Under the pieces are notes generated by a model. The model was not told the DNA's origin, did no database searches, and worked only from the letters and a program-made list of their open reading frames with translations. The position numbers were made by a program, and so were the translations under genes. Shown one piece after another: positions 1-13,323 of a stretch of DNA of 64,000 nt (within the stretch, counting starts at the first letter, position 1; each line of letters begins with the position of its first letter). Origin of the DNA: Pyrinomonadaceae bacterium (GTDB lineage: Bacteria > Acidobacteriota > Blastocatellia > Pyrinomonadales > Pyrinomonadaceae); assembly GCA_036387455.1 (NCBI GenBank), contig DASVTS010000050.1, positions 17,845 through 81,844 on the forward strand, written 5' to 3'.

Positions 1-563
1 GCGTCCGCCAGCGGCGACGCGTCGAGCCGCCGCGACAGCGCCAGCAGGTCACGGACGAAGGCCCTCAACGCGTCCGGCGCCTTCTCCATGATGCCGCCGG
101 CCGACCCGCCGGAAGGTCTGAGGGCGAGGTAGAACAGGTCGCCCTCTTCGACCCCCCCGCCGCCGTAATCCCGCTGCTTGAAGAAGGCGCGGAAGTCGCG
201 CCCCCCTGCGCCGTCGAAGAGGCGCCGGGCTTCCGCCTGCGGCAGGAGTCCCCGCCGCGCCTCGACCACGGTCAGCTGGTAGCGGTTATAAGATAAGGCG
301 CGGGCCTCGCCGCCCTCGCCGACCACGACGAGCTGCGACGTCGGGCTCTCCAGCGGCGTGTAGCCGAGCTGAATCGCGCGCGCGCTTTCGGCCGCGGCCT
401 CCGCCACGGCGGGCTGCATTGCGGGGGCCTCCGCCCGCGCCGCCTCCGCCCTCGTGCCGACGTCCTGCGTCTGCGAGGTGCCCGGGTGGCAGGCCACGGC
501 AATCGCGCAGACGCAGAGCAGGACGAGTTGAAATCTTAGCGGCCGCTCAAGTCGTGCATTCAT
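1..563 (-). CDS. hypothetical lipoprotein (partial; continues beyond the left window edge)
   Basis: Absent from the ORF track because it is open to the edge. My translation of the minus strand from ATG 563-561 gives MNARLERPLRFQLVLLCVCAIAVACHPGTSQ... with a lipobox-like AVAC. The frame stays open to base 1 with G/C-rich third positions. Confidence 0.55.
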   Translation of the reverse strand, partial: MNARLERPLRFQLVLLCVCAIAVACHPGTSQTQDVGTRAEAARAEAPAMQPAVAEAAAESARAIQLGYTPLESPTSQLVVVGEGGEARALSYNRYQLTVVEARRGLLPQAEARRLFDGAGGRDFRAFFKQRDYGGGGVEEGDLFYLALRPSGGSAGGIMEKAPDALRAFVRDLLALSRRLDASPLAD

Positions 564-1065
564 GGGTGCGATGTTCCCGAGACGAGGAGTCGTCGGGTCG
601 TCGTCGGCGACGGAGTTCGGACTTGCGGGTTAGCGCTTGCGGGCCGTGGAGACGTCAGAGCTGAGACTGGCGTAAGGTTCTCGCTGGCCGTGCGGGCGAT
701 ATGCCGGGCCTCGGGGTTACACCTCGGTAACGCCTTGCCGCAGGGCGGTCGCCGATGCCAGTCTCGCGGCCTCGGCGCCGACGTCAAGAATGAGGCCGAC
801 AATCTACACCCGTACTTTCATTAATTCAAGAAAAAAAGAGGCGCCGGTAGCGAGTCAGTTTCAACTCCGACGAAGACTGCTCCGCCGGCAGCCCGCCCGG
901 AAATAATCGTCCGTCCTATCATCCGTCCCACCGTTCTCAAACTATCTATGCCGTTCGGGGGCAGGACGTTTCATCGCACCGCCCGTGTGCGGACGGGGCG
1001 GGGTTTCGTTACCCGGCCCCTTCATTCTGCACTCTTCGAATCACCCTGACGCGTCACGATGACCG

Positions 1066-1111
1066 CCGCCGGCCCGCGCGCGGGAGAGGGGGCGGGCCGG
1101 CGCGGTTTTTT
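1066..1111 (+). terminator. orphan intrinsic-terminator-like hairpin with T6 run inside a gene-free interval
   Basis: GCCGGCCCGC (1068-1077) pairs with GCGGGCCGGC (1092-1101), followed by TTTTTT at 1106-1111. No supported plus-strand gene lies upstream. Confidence 0.4.
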
Positions 1112-1446
1112 GGGGAAAAACGACCGTCCGCCGGGCGGCTCGGGGCGGCACGCGGGTTGTTAATAGTGTCGGCGCGGCTTGCAGGGGCGCGGCACGCGCG
1201 CACCGCGGGCTCTCCGCACGGAGCCCGTAAAGCCGCACCAGATCTCGGGCGCGCCGAGGCGCGTCCGCTTTGAAAGAGGGGCGGTGAAGAGTCGAGGTCT
1301 TAAGGGGCCGCCCCCACGTTTCTCACCCAGCCCGGCGGGGCAGTGCCACTGTGAAGGCCCGCCGTTTTGCCCCCAAGCCCGTCGCCGGAGGCGAGTGCCG
1401 ATTTGCTCCCGGCCCTCGCTCCCGGCGACGGACAGTTTTGAGGAAA

Positions 1447-1522
1447 GGATGAAGGTGAAGGCGGAGGGATGAAGTCCGGACGGCACGCCTTCCGTCCTTC
1501 GTCCTTCCGCCTTCACCCTTCC
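1447..1522. repeat. hairpin built from tandem heptamers (GAAGG-type left arm, CCTTCNN x5 right arm) abutting the Shine-Dalgarno of the 1534 gene
   Basis: The right arm is CTTCCGT CCTTCGT CCTTCCG CCTTCAC CCTTCC (1489-1522). The left arm GGATGAA GGTGAAG GCGGAGG GATGAAG (1447-1474) is its imperfect complement. An inner GGACGG/CCGTCC pair is present. The element ends 1 nt before GAGGAGGG (1523-1530). Confidence 0.7.
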
Positions 1523-1533
1523 GAGGAGGGCGA

Positions 1534-4065
<2,532 letters not shown>

Positions 4066-4074
4066 AAGCCGCGG

Positions 4075-4132
4075 GCCGTAAGCCGGGAACCGTGATGAGA
4101 AGTCCTTCTCGTCAGGGTTCCCGGTTTACGGC
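4075..4132 (+). terminator. degenerate CCGTRAA-class heptamer hairpin 10 nt after the stop of the 1534-4065 gene
   Basis: The left arm GCCGTAAGCCGGGAACCGTGATGAGAAG (4075-4102) pairs with CTTCTCGTCAGGGTTCCCGGTTTACGGC (4105-4132) across a 2-nt loop with a few mismatches, followed by TTTCGTTCTTCTT. It is sequence-related to the elements at 11679 and 31554. Confidence 0.6.
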
Positions 4133-4307
4133 TTTCGTTCTTCTTGACTTTCCCCCGCCCGGTCGTTTTCAATCGTTTCAGGCGCTCCGGTGTCGGAGGT
4201 GACCTCCCGGCCGGGGCGCCGCCGCCCCGTTTTACAGCCTCAAGCTCCGCCCCGCGGGATGAGCAGCCCCCCGACCCCGCGCAAAGGCTCTCAGTCGTAA
4301 TAAGACG

Positions 4308-6400
<2,093 letters not shown>

Positions 6401-6404
<4 letters not shown>

Positions 6405-7813
6405 GCGAGAACCGACAACCCGCGCGCATACTCGTCGCCGAAGACGAGGCGAACCTCCGCCTCGTCCTCCAGAAGGAACTCCAGCGCATGGGCCACGACG
6501 TGCGCGTCGCGCCCGACGGCGAGGCCGCGCTCAAGCTCCTCGAAGAGAGCAACGTGGACGTGCTGCTCTCCGACATCTCGATGCCGCACATGGACGGGAT
6601 GGAGCTTCTGCGCCGCGTCCACCAGCGCCCGAACCCGCCCGAGGTCATCATGCTCACGGGCCACGCCACGGTCGAGTCGGCCATCGAGGCGATGAAGCTC
6701 GGCGCCTACGACTACCTCTCCAAACCCTACCGCATCGCGGAGCTCGACGTGCTCGTCAAGCAGGCGGCCGAGAAGCGCCGGCTGCGCGTGGACAACGCGC
6801 GCCTGCGCACGCTCGTCGAGCGGCGCTCGGCCATGCCCGAGATAGTGTCGGTCTCGGACTCGATGCGCGAGGTGATGCGCCTCGTCGAGCGCGTCGCGCC
6901 GTCGGACGCCTCGGTGCTCATCACGGGCGAGTCGGGGACGGGCAAGGAGCTGGTCGCCAACGCCATCCACCGCCTGAGTCTGCGCAGCGAGGGCTCCTTC
7001 ATCGACCTCAACTGCGCGGCGTTCCAGGAGTCTTTGCTTGAGTCGGAGCTGTTCGGCTACGAGGCGGGCGCGTTCTCGGGCGCGAAGGGGCGGAAGCTGG
7101 GCCTGTGGGAGCTGGCCGACAACGGCACCATCTTCCTCGACGAGGTGACGGAGCTGCCGCCGCCCTTGCAGTCGAAGCTGCTGCGGGCCATCGAGACGAA
7201 CTCCTTCTACCGCGTCGGCGCGGTGCGCAAGGTGCAGGTCAACGTCCGCGTCGTCGCCGCCACCAACCGCGACGTGAACGAGGTCACCGGCGACGGCCGC
7301 TTCCGCGCCGACCTCCTCTACCGCATCAACAGCTTCCAGATTAACCTGCCGCCGCTGCGCGAGCGCCCCGAGGACGTCGAGCCCATCGCGCAACACCTGC
7401 TCAAGCAGCTCGCCGGGCCGAACGTGCCCGAGGTGTCGCCCGAGACGCTCGCCGCGCTCAAGTCCTACTCGTGGCCGGGCAACGTGCGGCAGCTGCGCAA
7501 CACGCTCGAGCGCGCCGTCCTGCTCGCCAACGACGGCCGCATCACGACCGCGGAACTCCCGCCCGAAATCGTCAGCCCCGCCCTCGCCTACCGCCCCGCG
7601 GCCTCCTCCGCGCCCGCGGGCGACTCGGGCGCGCAGGCCGGCGCGCAGGCGCCCGGCGTCCCGCCCCCGCTGCGCGAGGTCGAGCGCCAGCAGATTCTCG
7701 CCGCCCTGGAGCAGACCGGCTGGCACCGCGGCAAGACCGCCGAGATGCTCGGCATCTCGCCCTCCACGCTCTACCGCCGCCTGCGGGATTACAACCTGAC
7801 GAAAAGGCAGTAG
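6401..7813 (+). CDS. sigma-54-dependent response regulator (NtrC family)
   Basis: 470 aa. It has a receiver (DVLLSDISMPHMDG), an AAA+ Walker A (GESGTGKE), a GAFSGA sigma-54 contact loop variant and a C-terminal Fis-type HTH (AEMLGISPSTLYRRL). Confidence 0.9.
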
Positions 7814-7906
7814 ACAGTAGTCGGTAGATAAAAAACCGGGCGGCGCGTTCGTGTCATAAACCGAACGCGCCGCCTGTTTTTCTGCCGACCGCTGACTACC
7901 GTCTAC
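7810..7906. repeat. GTAGNNN-class heptamer hairpin enclosing a canonical terminator, between convergent genes
   Basis: The outer left arm GTAGACA GTAGTCG GTAGATA (7810-7830) pairs with the outer right arm CTGACTACCGTCTAC (7892-7906) over 15 bp with 2 mismatches. It overlaps the TAG stop at 7811-7813 and ends 8 nt before the minus-strand stop at 7914. Confidence 0.65.
7838..7881 (+). terminator. rho-independent terminator nested inside the 7810-7906 hairpin
   Basis: GGGCGGCGCGTTCG (7838-7851) pairs with CGAACGCGCCGCC (7862-7874), followed by TGTTTTTCT. Confidence 0.75.
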
Positions 7907-7913
7907 TTCCCTG

Positions 7914-9224
7914 TCACCCGCCGCCGCCGGTGGCGGTCTTCTGCGGGTTCTTAGGCTGGCCGAGGGCGCGGCGGGCGGTGTCGGCCTTGTCGCGGGCGCC
8001 GGTGCGCTCGTAGAGCGCGACGAGGCGTTCGAGGACGGCGCTCGCGCCGGGCTGGAGCCGGAGCGCGGCCTCGTAGTGTTTGACCGCCTCCTTGTCGCGC
8101 CTCTGGTCTTCGAGGATGCCCGCGAGCTTGAGGTGCGCGTCGTAGTCGCCCGAGCCGCGCGCGAAGTTCTTGTAGGCGTCGCCGTAGCGGCCGAGGCGCG
8201 CGTTGACGACCCCGAGGTTGTTGAAGATGACCGGCTCGTTCGGCGCGAGCTTGGCCGCCTGCCTGAGCCGCCTGAGCGCGCCCGCGTAGTCGTCCGCGAG
8301 GTAGAGCGAGTAGCCGAGGTTCGTCAGCGCCACATGGTCTTTCGGCGAGGCCGAGAGCGCGCGCTCGTAAGCCTCGGCCGCCTGCCGGTGCCAGCCGAGC
8401 CGGTCGTAGGCGAGGCCGAGCAGGTTGTTCGCCTCGGCGAGCTGTTCCGGCAGCCCCGTGGTCGCCGCGGTCTGTAGCTCCGCGACGGCCTCCTGCACGT
8501 AACCGTGCTGGAGCAGCGCTCGGCCCTGCGAGACGGGGTCGGAGGGGACGCCGACTATCTTCGGAATCCACATCTCCGGCTGAAGCCCGCGCGCCACCTC
8601 CGCCTCGGACGGGCGCACGATGCGCGCCCCTTCCGTCGCCCGCGTGACGGCGGGCCGGGCGTCGCCCGCGGGCTCGCGCGGCGCCTGCGCCGACTCGCGC
8701 GCGGGCGCGGGCGTCGTGATGGGCTCGACCTTGGCGGCCTCGACCGGCGCGGCCTGAGCCGTCGCCGCGGGCTGCACCGGCGACGCGGGCGCCTCGTCGC
8801 CCTTGCCCGGCTGCGGCGCGTCCGGCGCGGGGCCCTGTGCGGCCCCCACGTCCTTCGCGCTTTCGGCCGCGGGTGCGTCTGCCGGCTGGGCGGGGGCGGG
8901 CTTCTTCGCCGTCTCCGTCTTCGACTTGCCGCCGCCGAACAGCCTCGCCAGCGCGCGGAAGGGCGCGGTCAGGGCGCGCGCGAAGGCGTTGCCCTTCCGC
9001 TTCGGCCGGGCCGAGTCGTCGGCCGCGTCGCCCGGGTCCGCCGCCGCGCCCGCGACTTCGGGAGCGGCGGCTTTGTCCGTCCCTTCGCCCGCGCGCGCGG
9101 GCGCGCCGGCGTCGCTCGCGGCGGGCGCGGCGGGGAGGCGGCTGCCGAGCGCGGCGTGCGGCGCGAGAACCGAGAGGGCGAGCACGAGCGAGAAGAGTAG
9201 AGAAGACGTCTTGCGTTTGGACAC
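7914..9224 (-). CDS. secreted TPR-repeat protein with an Ala/Pro-rich low-complexity N-terminal half
   Basis: The C-terminal half has several TPR-like repeats (LGLAYDRLGWHRQAAEAYERAL, etc.). I prefer the GTG at 9224 (VSKRKTSSLLFSLVLALSVLAPHAALG signal peptide), which is preceded by AGGAGG, over the track start at 9332. Confidence 0.75.
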   Translation of the reverse strand: MSKRKTSSLLFSLVLALSVLAPHAALGSRLPAAPAASDAGAPARAGEGTDKAAAPEVAGAAADPGDAADDSARPKRKGNAFARALTAPFRALARLFGGGKSKTETAKKPAPAQPADAPAAESAKDVGAAQGPAPDAPQPGKGDEAPASPVQPAATAQAAPVEAAKVEPITTPAPARESAQAPREPAGDARPAVTRATEGARIVRPSEAEVARGLQPEMWIPKIVGVPSDPVSQGRALLQHGYVQEAVAELQTAATTGLPEQLAEANNLLGLAYDRLGWHRQAAEAYERALSASPKDHVALTNLGYSLYLADDYAGALRRLRQAAKLAPNEPVIFNNLGVVNARLGRYGDAYKNFARGSGDYDAHLKLAGILEDQRRDKEAVKHYEAALRLQPGASAVLERLVALYERTGARDKADTARRALGQPKNPQKTATGGGG

Positions 9225-9308
9225 GGCCGGAACCTCCTGCGGCCCCGGGCCGCGCTGCACAGACTTTCGTTGGGAAAGGCTTCGAGGCGGAACCCGGAGG
9301 GCGCCCCG

Positions 9309-9336
9309 ATTATAAGCCACGAAAAACCCCATGTAA
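9309..9336 (-). promoter_or_regulatory. candidate sigma-70-type promoter for the TPR gene
   Basis: On the minus strand this reads TTACAT (9336-9331), 16 nt, TATAAT (9314-9309). Confidence 0.35.
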
Positions 9337-9361
9337 AAACGCCCGCGCCCCGCGCCCGTTC

Positions 9362-9403
9362 ATAAAAAAGAAGGCGGGGCGGAGATTTCTCCCCGCCCCG
9401 CCC
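9362..9403 (-). terminator. intrinsic terminator downstream of the beta-helix gene
   Basis: An imperfect GC-rich hairpin GGCGGGGCGGAGA / TCTCCCCGCCCCGCC (9373-9403) is followed on the minus strand by CTTCTTTTTTAT (A-run 9364-9369 on plus). Confidence 0.6.
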
Positions 9404-9428
9404 CTGCGGCCCGCCGGTTCCGGGTCGG

Positions 9429-10877
9429 CTATTTGCCGCTGCTCATGTAAGAGACGCAGTCGCCCTGGTTCTTGAAGGTGGTGCCGTTGGCGCGGGTGAG
9501 CGTCTGCCACCCGCCGTCCTTGCACTGCTCCTTGCTGGTGACCAAAGTGCAGCCCGAGGCGCCGACCGGCGTGCCGGCGGGCGTGCCGGGGCAGGCGTCC
9601 GCGCCGTCGAGGACGCCGTCGTTGTCGTCGTCAGGGTCGCAGACGTCGCCCTGCGCGTCGCCGTCGGCGTTCGCCTGGTCGGTGTTGGGCGTGGTCGGGC
9701 AGTTGTCCGCGCTGTCGGTCACGCCGTCGTTGTCCGCGTCCGGCCCGACGCACGGGCCGTTCGGCGCGGTCTGCCAGGGCGAGTAGATGACGTTCGGGCT
9801 GACCCGCGTGCCCGCGCCGGGGCCGACGGGGCCGGGGCCGGTGGCGCTGCCCCACCAGTTGCAGGCGCCGTCAACCGAACCCCCCGCGAGCGCCGGGTGA
9901 ACCTTGATGCCGTACTCGGCGGCCGTCAGGTTGAAGTCGTTGTCGTGGACTTCGGCCGTGGCGTATGAGGGGTTGCTCTCGAAGAAGACCGCGATGGCGT
10001 CGTCGTTCGGCGTCAGGTCTGTGACGTTGCTGAAGGAGTTGTTCTCGACGGCCGCGCCGGGCGTGTCGCCCTCCAGGCCGACGGCGTGTGCCCAGCCGCC
10101 GCCGGTCAGGGTGCTGAAAGTGTTGTCCCGAACCACAAGGCCGGAGACGTTCAGCGTGTTTGCGACCGAGACGCCGTAGGCGCCCCTCGTGTCGCTGACG
10201 ACGCTCGTGATGGAGTTGCCTTCGATGAGCGTGTTCTGGCTGGGGTTTGTCCCGCCGTTGACGCCGACGAGGACGCCCTTCGCAGACCTGTTGCTGTGAA
10301 CGTTGTTGATTCTGTTGCCGGTGACGGAGACGTTGTCGGGGCCGTCGCCGCCCGACTCGTTGCTCAGGTAGATGGCCTGGGCGGTGCCGTTGGCGGTCGT
10401 GTCGGGGGACGTGACCGTGTCTATGATGTTGTTGGTTATCGTGGCCGCGTCCGCGCCGGGGCGGACGACGACGGCGAAGGCCGCGAACGCCGGGACGGAG
10501 CGAGTCACGGAGAATCCGTCAACCGTCACGTTCGTGGGGAAGACGGTGATCTGGCCGTTGACGGTGGACTCGGTCGGGCTCCCGAAGGCGCGACCGGAGA
10601 CGGGGGTGCCCGCCTGCGCGCCGTTCAGGGTCAGGCCGGTCAGCGCCGCCGGGATGTTGACGCTTTCGTTGTAGGTGCCCGCGCAGACCTGGATCGTGTC
10701 GCCGGGGGTGGCGGCGTTGACCGCGGACTGGATGGTCGAGTAGGTCGCCGCCGGGCACTGGACGTTGTCGTTGTCCACGACGAGCGTGGAGGCGGCCTTG
10801 GAAGGCCCCGCGCCGAGCGTCCCGAGACACACGAACGCGAAGAGGGCTAAGAGAGAGATAGTAAGCTTGGTCTTCAT
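9429..10877 (-). CDS. secreted right-handed parallel beta-helix protein with C-terminal thrombospondin type-3-like Asp repeats and a small Cys-rich terminal module
   Basis: 482 aa with signal peptide [23 protein letters not shown]. It has repeated NN/GN-containing beta-helix-like turns and the calcium-binding-type repeats [15 protein letters not shown]...[31 protein letters not shown]. The terminal module is [18 protein letters not shown]...[10 protein letters not shown]. Confidence 0.75.
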   Translation of the reverse strand: MKTKLTISLLALFAFVCLGTLGAGPSKAASTLVVDNDNVQCPAATYSTIQSAVNAATPGDTIQVCAGTYNESVNIPAALTGLTLNGAQAGTPVSGRAFGSPTESTVNGQITVFPTNVTVDGFSVTRSVPAFAAFAVVVRPGADAATITNNIIDTVTSPDTTANGTAQAIYLSNESGGDGPDNVSVTGNRINNVHSNRSAKGVLVGVNGGTNPSQNTLIEGNSITSVVSDTRGAYGVSVANTLNVSGLVVRDNTFSTLTGGGWAHAVGLEGDTPGAAVENNSFSNVTDLTPNDDAIAVFFESNPSYATAEVHDNDFNLTAAEYGIKVHPALAGGSVDGACNWWGSATGPGPVGPGAGTRVSPNVIYSPWQTAPNGPCVGPDADNDGVTDSADNCPTTPNTDQANADGDAQGDVCDPDDDNDGVLDGADACPGTPAGTPVGASGCTLVTSKEQCKDGGWQTLTRANGTTFKNQGDCVSYMSSGK

Positions 10878-11260
10878 CTACTTTACCTTTCGGGGAATCA
10901 AGTTAAGGGGCAAAAGAGACGCCCCCGGCGTGTTGGAATGCGGTGCCGGTTGTAGCGTCCGGGTCGAGAGTTTCCCCGGCCCGTGGGCGGGGAAGCGGGA
11001 GCGCGAGGGGTGCGTGCGAGGGCGAGGCGCCGGTGTCCGGCGCTTCCTTAGTGCGACGGTGCTTCTGCGGAGACGGGGAGGGCGGCCAAAACCTGAGAGT
11101 CGGGCCCGTCAAATGATGCGCAGCTTGTGTGACTCTGCGGGGGCGTGCGCGACGACTTTAGCGTCCGCCCGCGGAAGAACTAACCTGGATGGCTGGGTGC
11201 ATGCTATTGGATGCGGCGCCGGCTGTCAACCGCCCGGGGTTCGCCGGCGTGGTCTTAGAC

Positions 11261-11674
11261 TCAGTCGGGGCTCTCCTCGAAGGCGCGGCGGAGGTCCGCG
11301 GGGACGGGGACGGCGCGGCGGTCGTCGAGGCTCATCGAAACCTGCACGTGCGTCGCCGCGGCGCACAGCGTCTGGTCTGAGGCGCGGCGCAGCCGGTACT
11401 CGAAGGTGACGGACGAGCGCCCGACGGACGAGACCCGGACTTCAACCTCCGCCTCGTCGCCGTAGACGAAGGGCGCGAAGAACTCCGCGCGCACGTTCAC
11501 CACGGGGAAGCCGAGGCGCCGCTCCACCACCAGCCGCGCGTAAGGCACGCCGCACCGCGCCGCGAAGAACTCCTCCATCGCCACGTGGCAGTAGTGGAAC
11601 AGCACCGGGTAGTAGACGAGCCCCGCCGGGTCGCAGTCGCCGAACCGCACGGGGATGAGGGAGGAGAAGGGCAT
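11261..11674 (-). CDS. acyl-CoA thioesterase, hotdog fold (4HBT/YbgC-like)
   Basis: 137 aa. The N-terminal motif VRFGDCDPAGLVYYPVLFHY is typical of 4-hydroxybenzoyl-CoA-thioesterase-type hotdog proteins. Confidence 0.75.
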   Translation of the reverse strand: MPFSSLIPVRFGDCDPAGLVYYPVLFHYCHVAMEEFFAARCGVPYARLVVERRLGFPVVNVRAEFFAPFVYGDEAEVEVRVSSVGRSSVTFEYRLRRASDQTLCAAATHVQVSMSLDDRRAVPVPADLRRAFEESPD

Positions 11675-11678
11675 GAAG

Positions 11679-11765
11679 GCCGTGAACCGTGAACCGTGAA
11701 CCGTAAACCGTGACGAGAGAAAGACGATTCTTTCTTGTCACGGTTTACGGTTCACGGTTCACGGC
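11679..11765. repeat. CCGTRAA-class heptamer hairpin between the aryl-CoA ligase stop and the thioesterase start
   Basis: The left arm is CCGTGAA x3, CCGTAAA, CCGTGAC (11680-11714). The right arm is GTCACGG TTTACGG TTCACGG TTCACGG (11737-11764). The stem is about 35 bp and the arms differ by one heptamer. The ligase TGA stop (11752-11754) lies inside the right arm. Confidence 0.8.
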
Positions 11766-13305
11766 TTTTCAATTTCTTCCTGTCAATCTTCCCGCGGTCG
11801 TTCTTGGGGAGCGAGGTGACGAACTCGACCCAGCGGGGGTACTTGTAGAGGGCGAGGTGGGACTTGACGAAGTCCTTAATCGCCTGCGCCAGCTCGTCGC
11901 CGGCGTCGTGGCCGTCGCGGAGGACGAGGAAGGCTTTGGGCTTGACGAGGCCGTCGCCGGCGTCGTGGCCGACGACCGCGGCTTCGAGCACGGCCTCGTG
12001 CGCGAGCAGGCAGTTCTCTATCTCGGCCGGCGCGACGAAGACGCCCGAGACCTTGAGCATGTCGTCCGTCCGTCCGTGGTACCAGAAGTAGCCCTCCCCG
12101 TCGAAGTGGAACTGGTCGCCCGTCGTGCACCAGTCGCCCGCGAAGGTCTGCTTCGACTTCTCGTGCGCCTGCCAGTAGCAGAGCGCCGCCGAGTCGCCGC
12201 GGACGCGCAGCGTGCCCATCTCGCCGGCGGGCAGCGCGCGCCCCTCGGCGTCCACCACCTCGGCCTCGTACCCTCGGACGACGCGGCCGAGGCTGCCGGG
12301 CCTGACGTCGCCGGGGCGGTTCGTGATGTAGATGTGGAACATCTCGGCCGAGCCGATGCCGTCGTAAATCTCGACGCCGAAGGTCTCGACCCAGCGGCGG
12401 TACAGCTCCTCGGGCAGCGCCTCGCCCGCCGAGAGGCACATGCGCAGCGAGGACAAATCTCGCCCGGCCGCGCCGTCCATGTTGAGCATGCCGTTTATCA
12501 TCGTGGGCACGCTCGTCAGGATGGTCGGGCGGTGGCGCTCGATGACCTCGAACAGCTTCTCGGGCGTCGAGCGCTCGGGGAAGAGCGCGGTGGCGCCGCC
12601 CGCGGCGAAGGGGAAGAGGAGGTTCGTCCCCGTGGCGTAGCCGAAGAAGAGCTTGGGGACGGAGACGGTCAGGTCGTCCTCCGAGACGCCGAGCACGCCT
12701 TTGGCGTAGCACTCGGTGTTGTAGGGCAGGTCGTGCTGCAAGTGCACGGCGCCCTTCGGGTGACCCGTCGAGCCGGAGGTGAAGAGCCAGATGGCGACGT
12801 CGTCGCGGTGCAGGTCGGCGGGCGTGAGTTCGTCCGCCTGGGCGGCGACGGCCTCGGCGAAGGAGTGGAAGCGCCCGCGCTCCCCGCCGACGACGAAGAC
12901 GCCGCGCAGGTGCTTCGCGTTGCGGGCCGCCTGCGCGAAGTTCTCGAGCAAAGACTCGTGGATGACGGCGACGCGGGCGCGCGTGTATTCGAGGTAGTAG
13001 CGGTAGTCGTCGGCCGGCAGCAGCGGGTTGACCATCGTGATGACGCCGCCCGCGCGGTTCGCCCCGAACCACGACCAGACGAACTCCGGGCAGTCGGGCA
13101 GCGCGAGCAGCACGCGGTCTTCCACGCCGAGCCCCGCCTCGCGCAGCGCCCCGCCCGCGCGGTTCGACAGCCGCGCCGCCTCGCCGTAGGTGTAGGTCTC
13201 GTCGCCGTAGTAGAGGCAGGTCTTACCCTCGCGCCCCTCCTCCACGTTGTGGTAGAGGAAGTAGTCGCTCATGCGGAACCGCTCGGGGAACTCGACGTCA
13301 GGCAT
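11752..13305 (-). CDS. aryl-CoA ligase of the benzoate-CoA ligase family (candidate anthranilate/2-aminobenzoate-CoA ligase)
   Basis: 517 aa. It has the AMP-binding P-loop LFTSGSTGHPKGAVH, KLFFGYATG, and TGDQFHFDGEGYFWYHGRTDDMLKVSG. Substrate specificity is not readable from the sequence; the anthranilate suggestion comes only from the kynA/kynU neighbours. Confidence 0.8.
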   Translation of the reverse strand: MPDVEFPERFRMSDYFLYHNVEEGREGKTCLYYGDETYTYGEAARLSNRAGGALREAGLGVEDRVLLALPDCPEFVWSWFGANRAGGVITMVNPLLPADDYRYYLEYTRARVAVIHESLLENFAQAARNAKHLRGVFVVGGERGRFHSFAEAVAAQADELTPADLHRDDVAIWLFTSGSTGHPKGAVHLQHDLPYNTECYAKGVLGVSEDDLTVSVPKLFFGYATGTNLLFPFAAGGATALFPERSTPEKLFEVIERHRPTILTSVPTMINGMLNMDGAAGRDLSSLRMCLSAGEALPEELYRRWVETFGVEIYDGIGSAEMFHIYITNRPGDVRPGSLGRVVRGYEAEVVDAEGRALPAGEMGTLRVRGDSAALCYWQAHEKSKQTFAGDWCTTGDQFHFDGEGYFWYHGRTDDMLKVSGVFVAPAEIENCLLAHEAVLEAAVVGHDAGDGLVKPKAFLVLRDGHDAGDELAQAIKDFVKSHLALYKYPRWVEFVTSLPKNDRGKIDRKKLKSREP

Positions 13306-13323
13306 AGGCGGAAACGTTGGGCC

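Noticed and set aside
949-1048. 33-codon plus-strand ORF (MPFGGRTFHRTARVRTGRGF...) upstream of the orphan terminator.
   Set aside because: It has no Shine-Dalgarno sequence, an Arg-rich composition and no recognisable family. I treat the locus as a candidate non-coding RNA instead.
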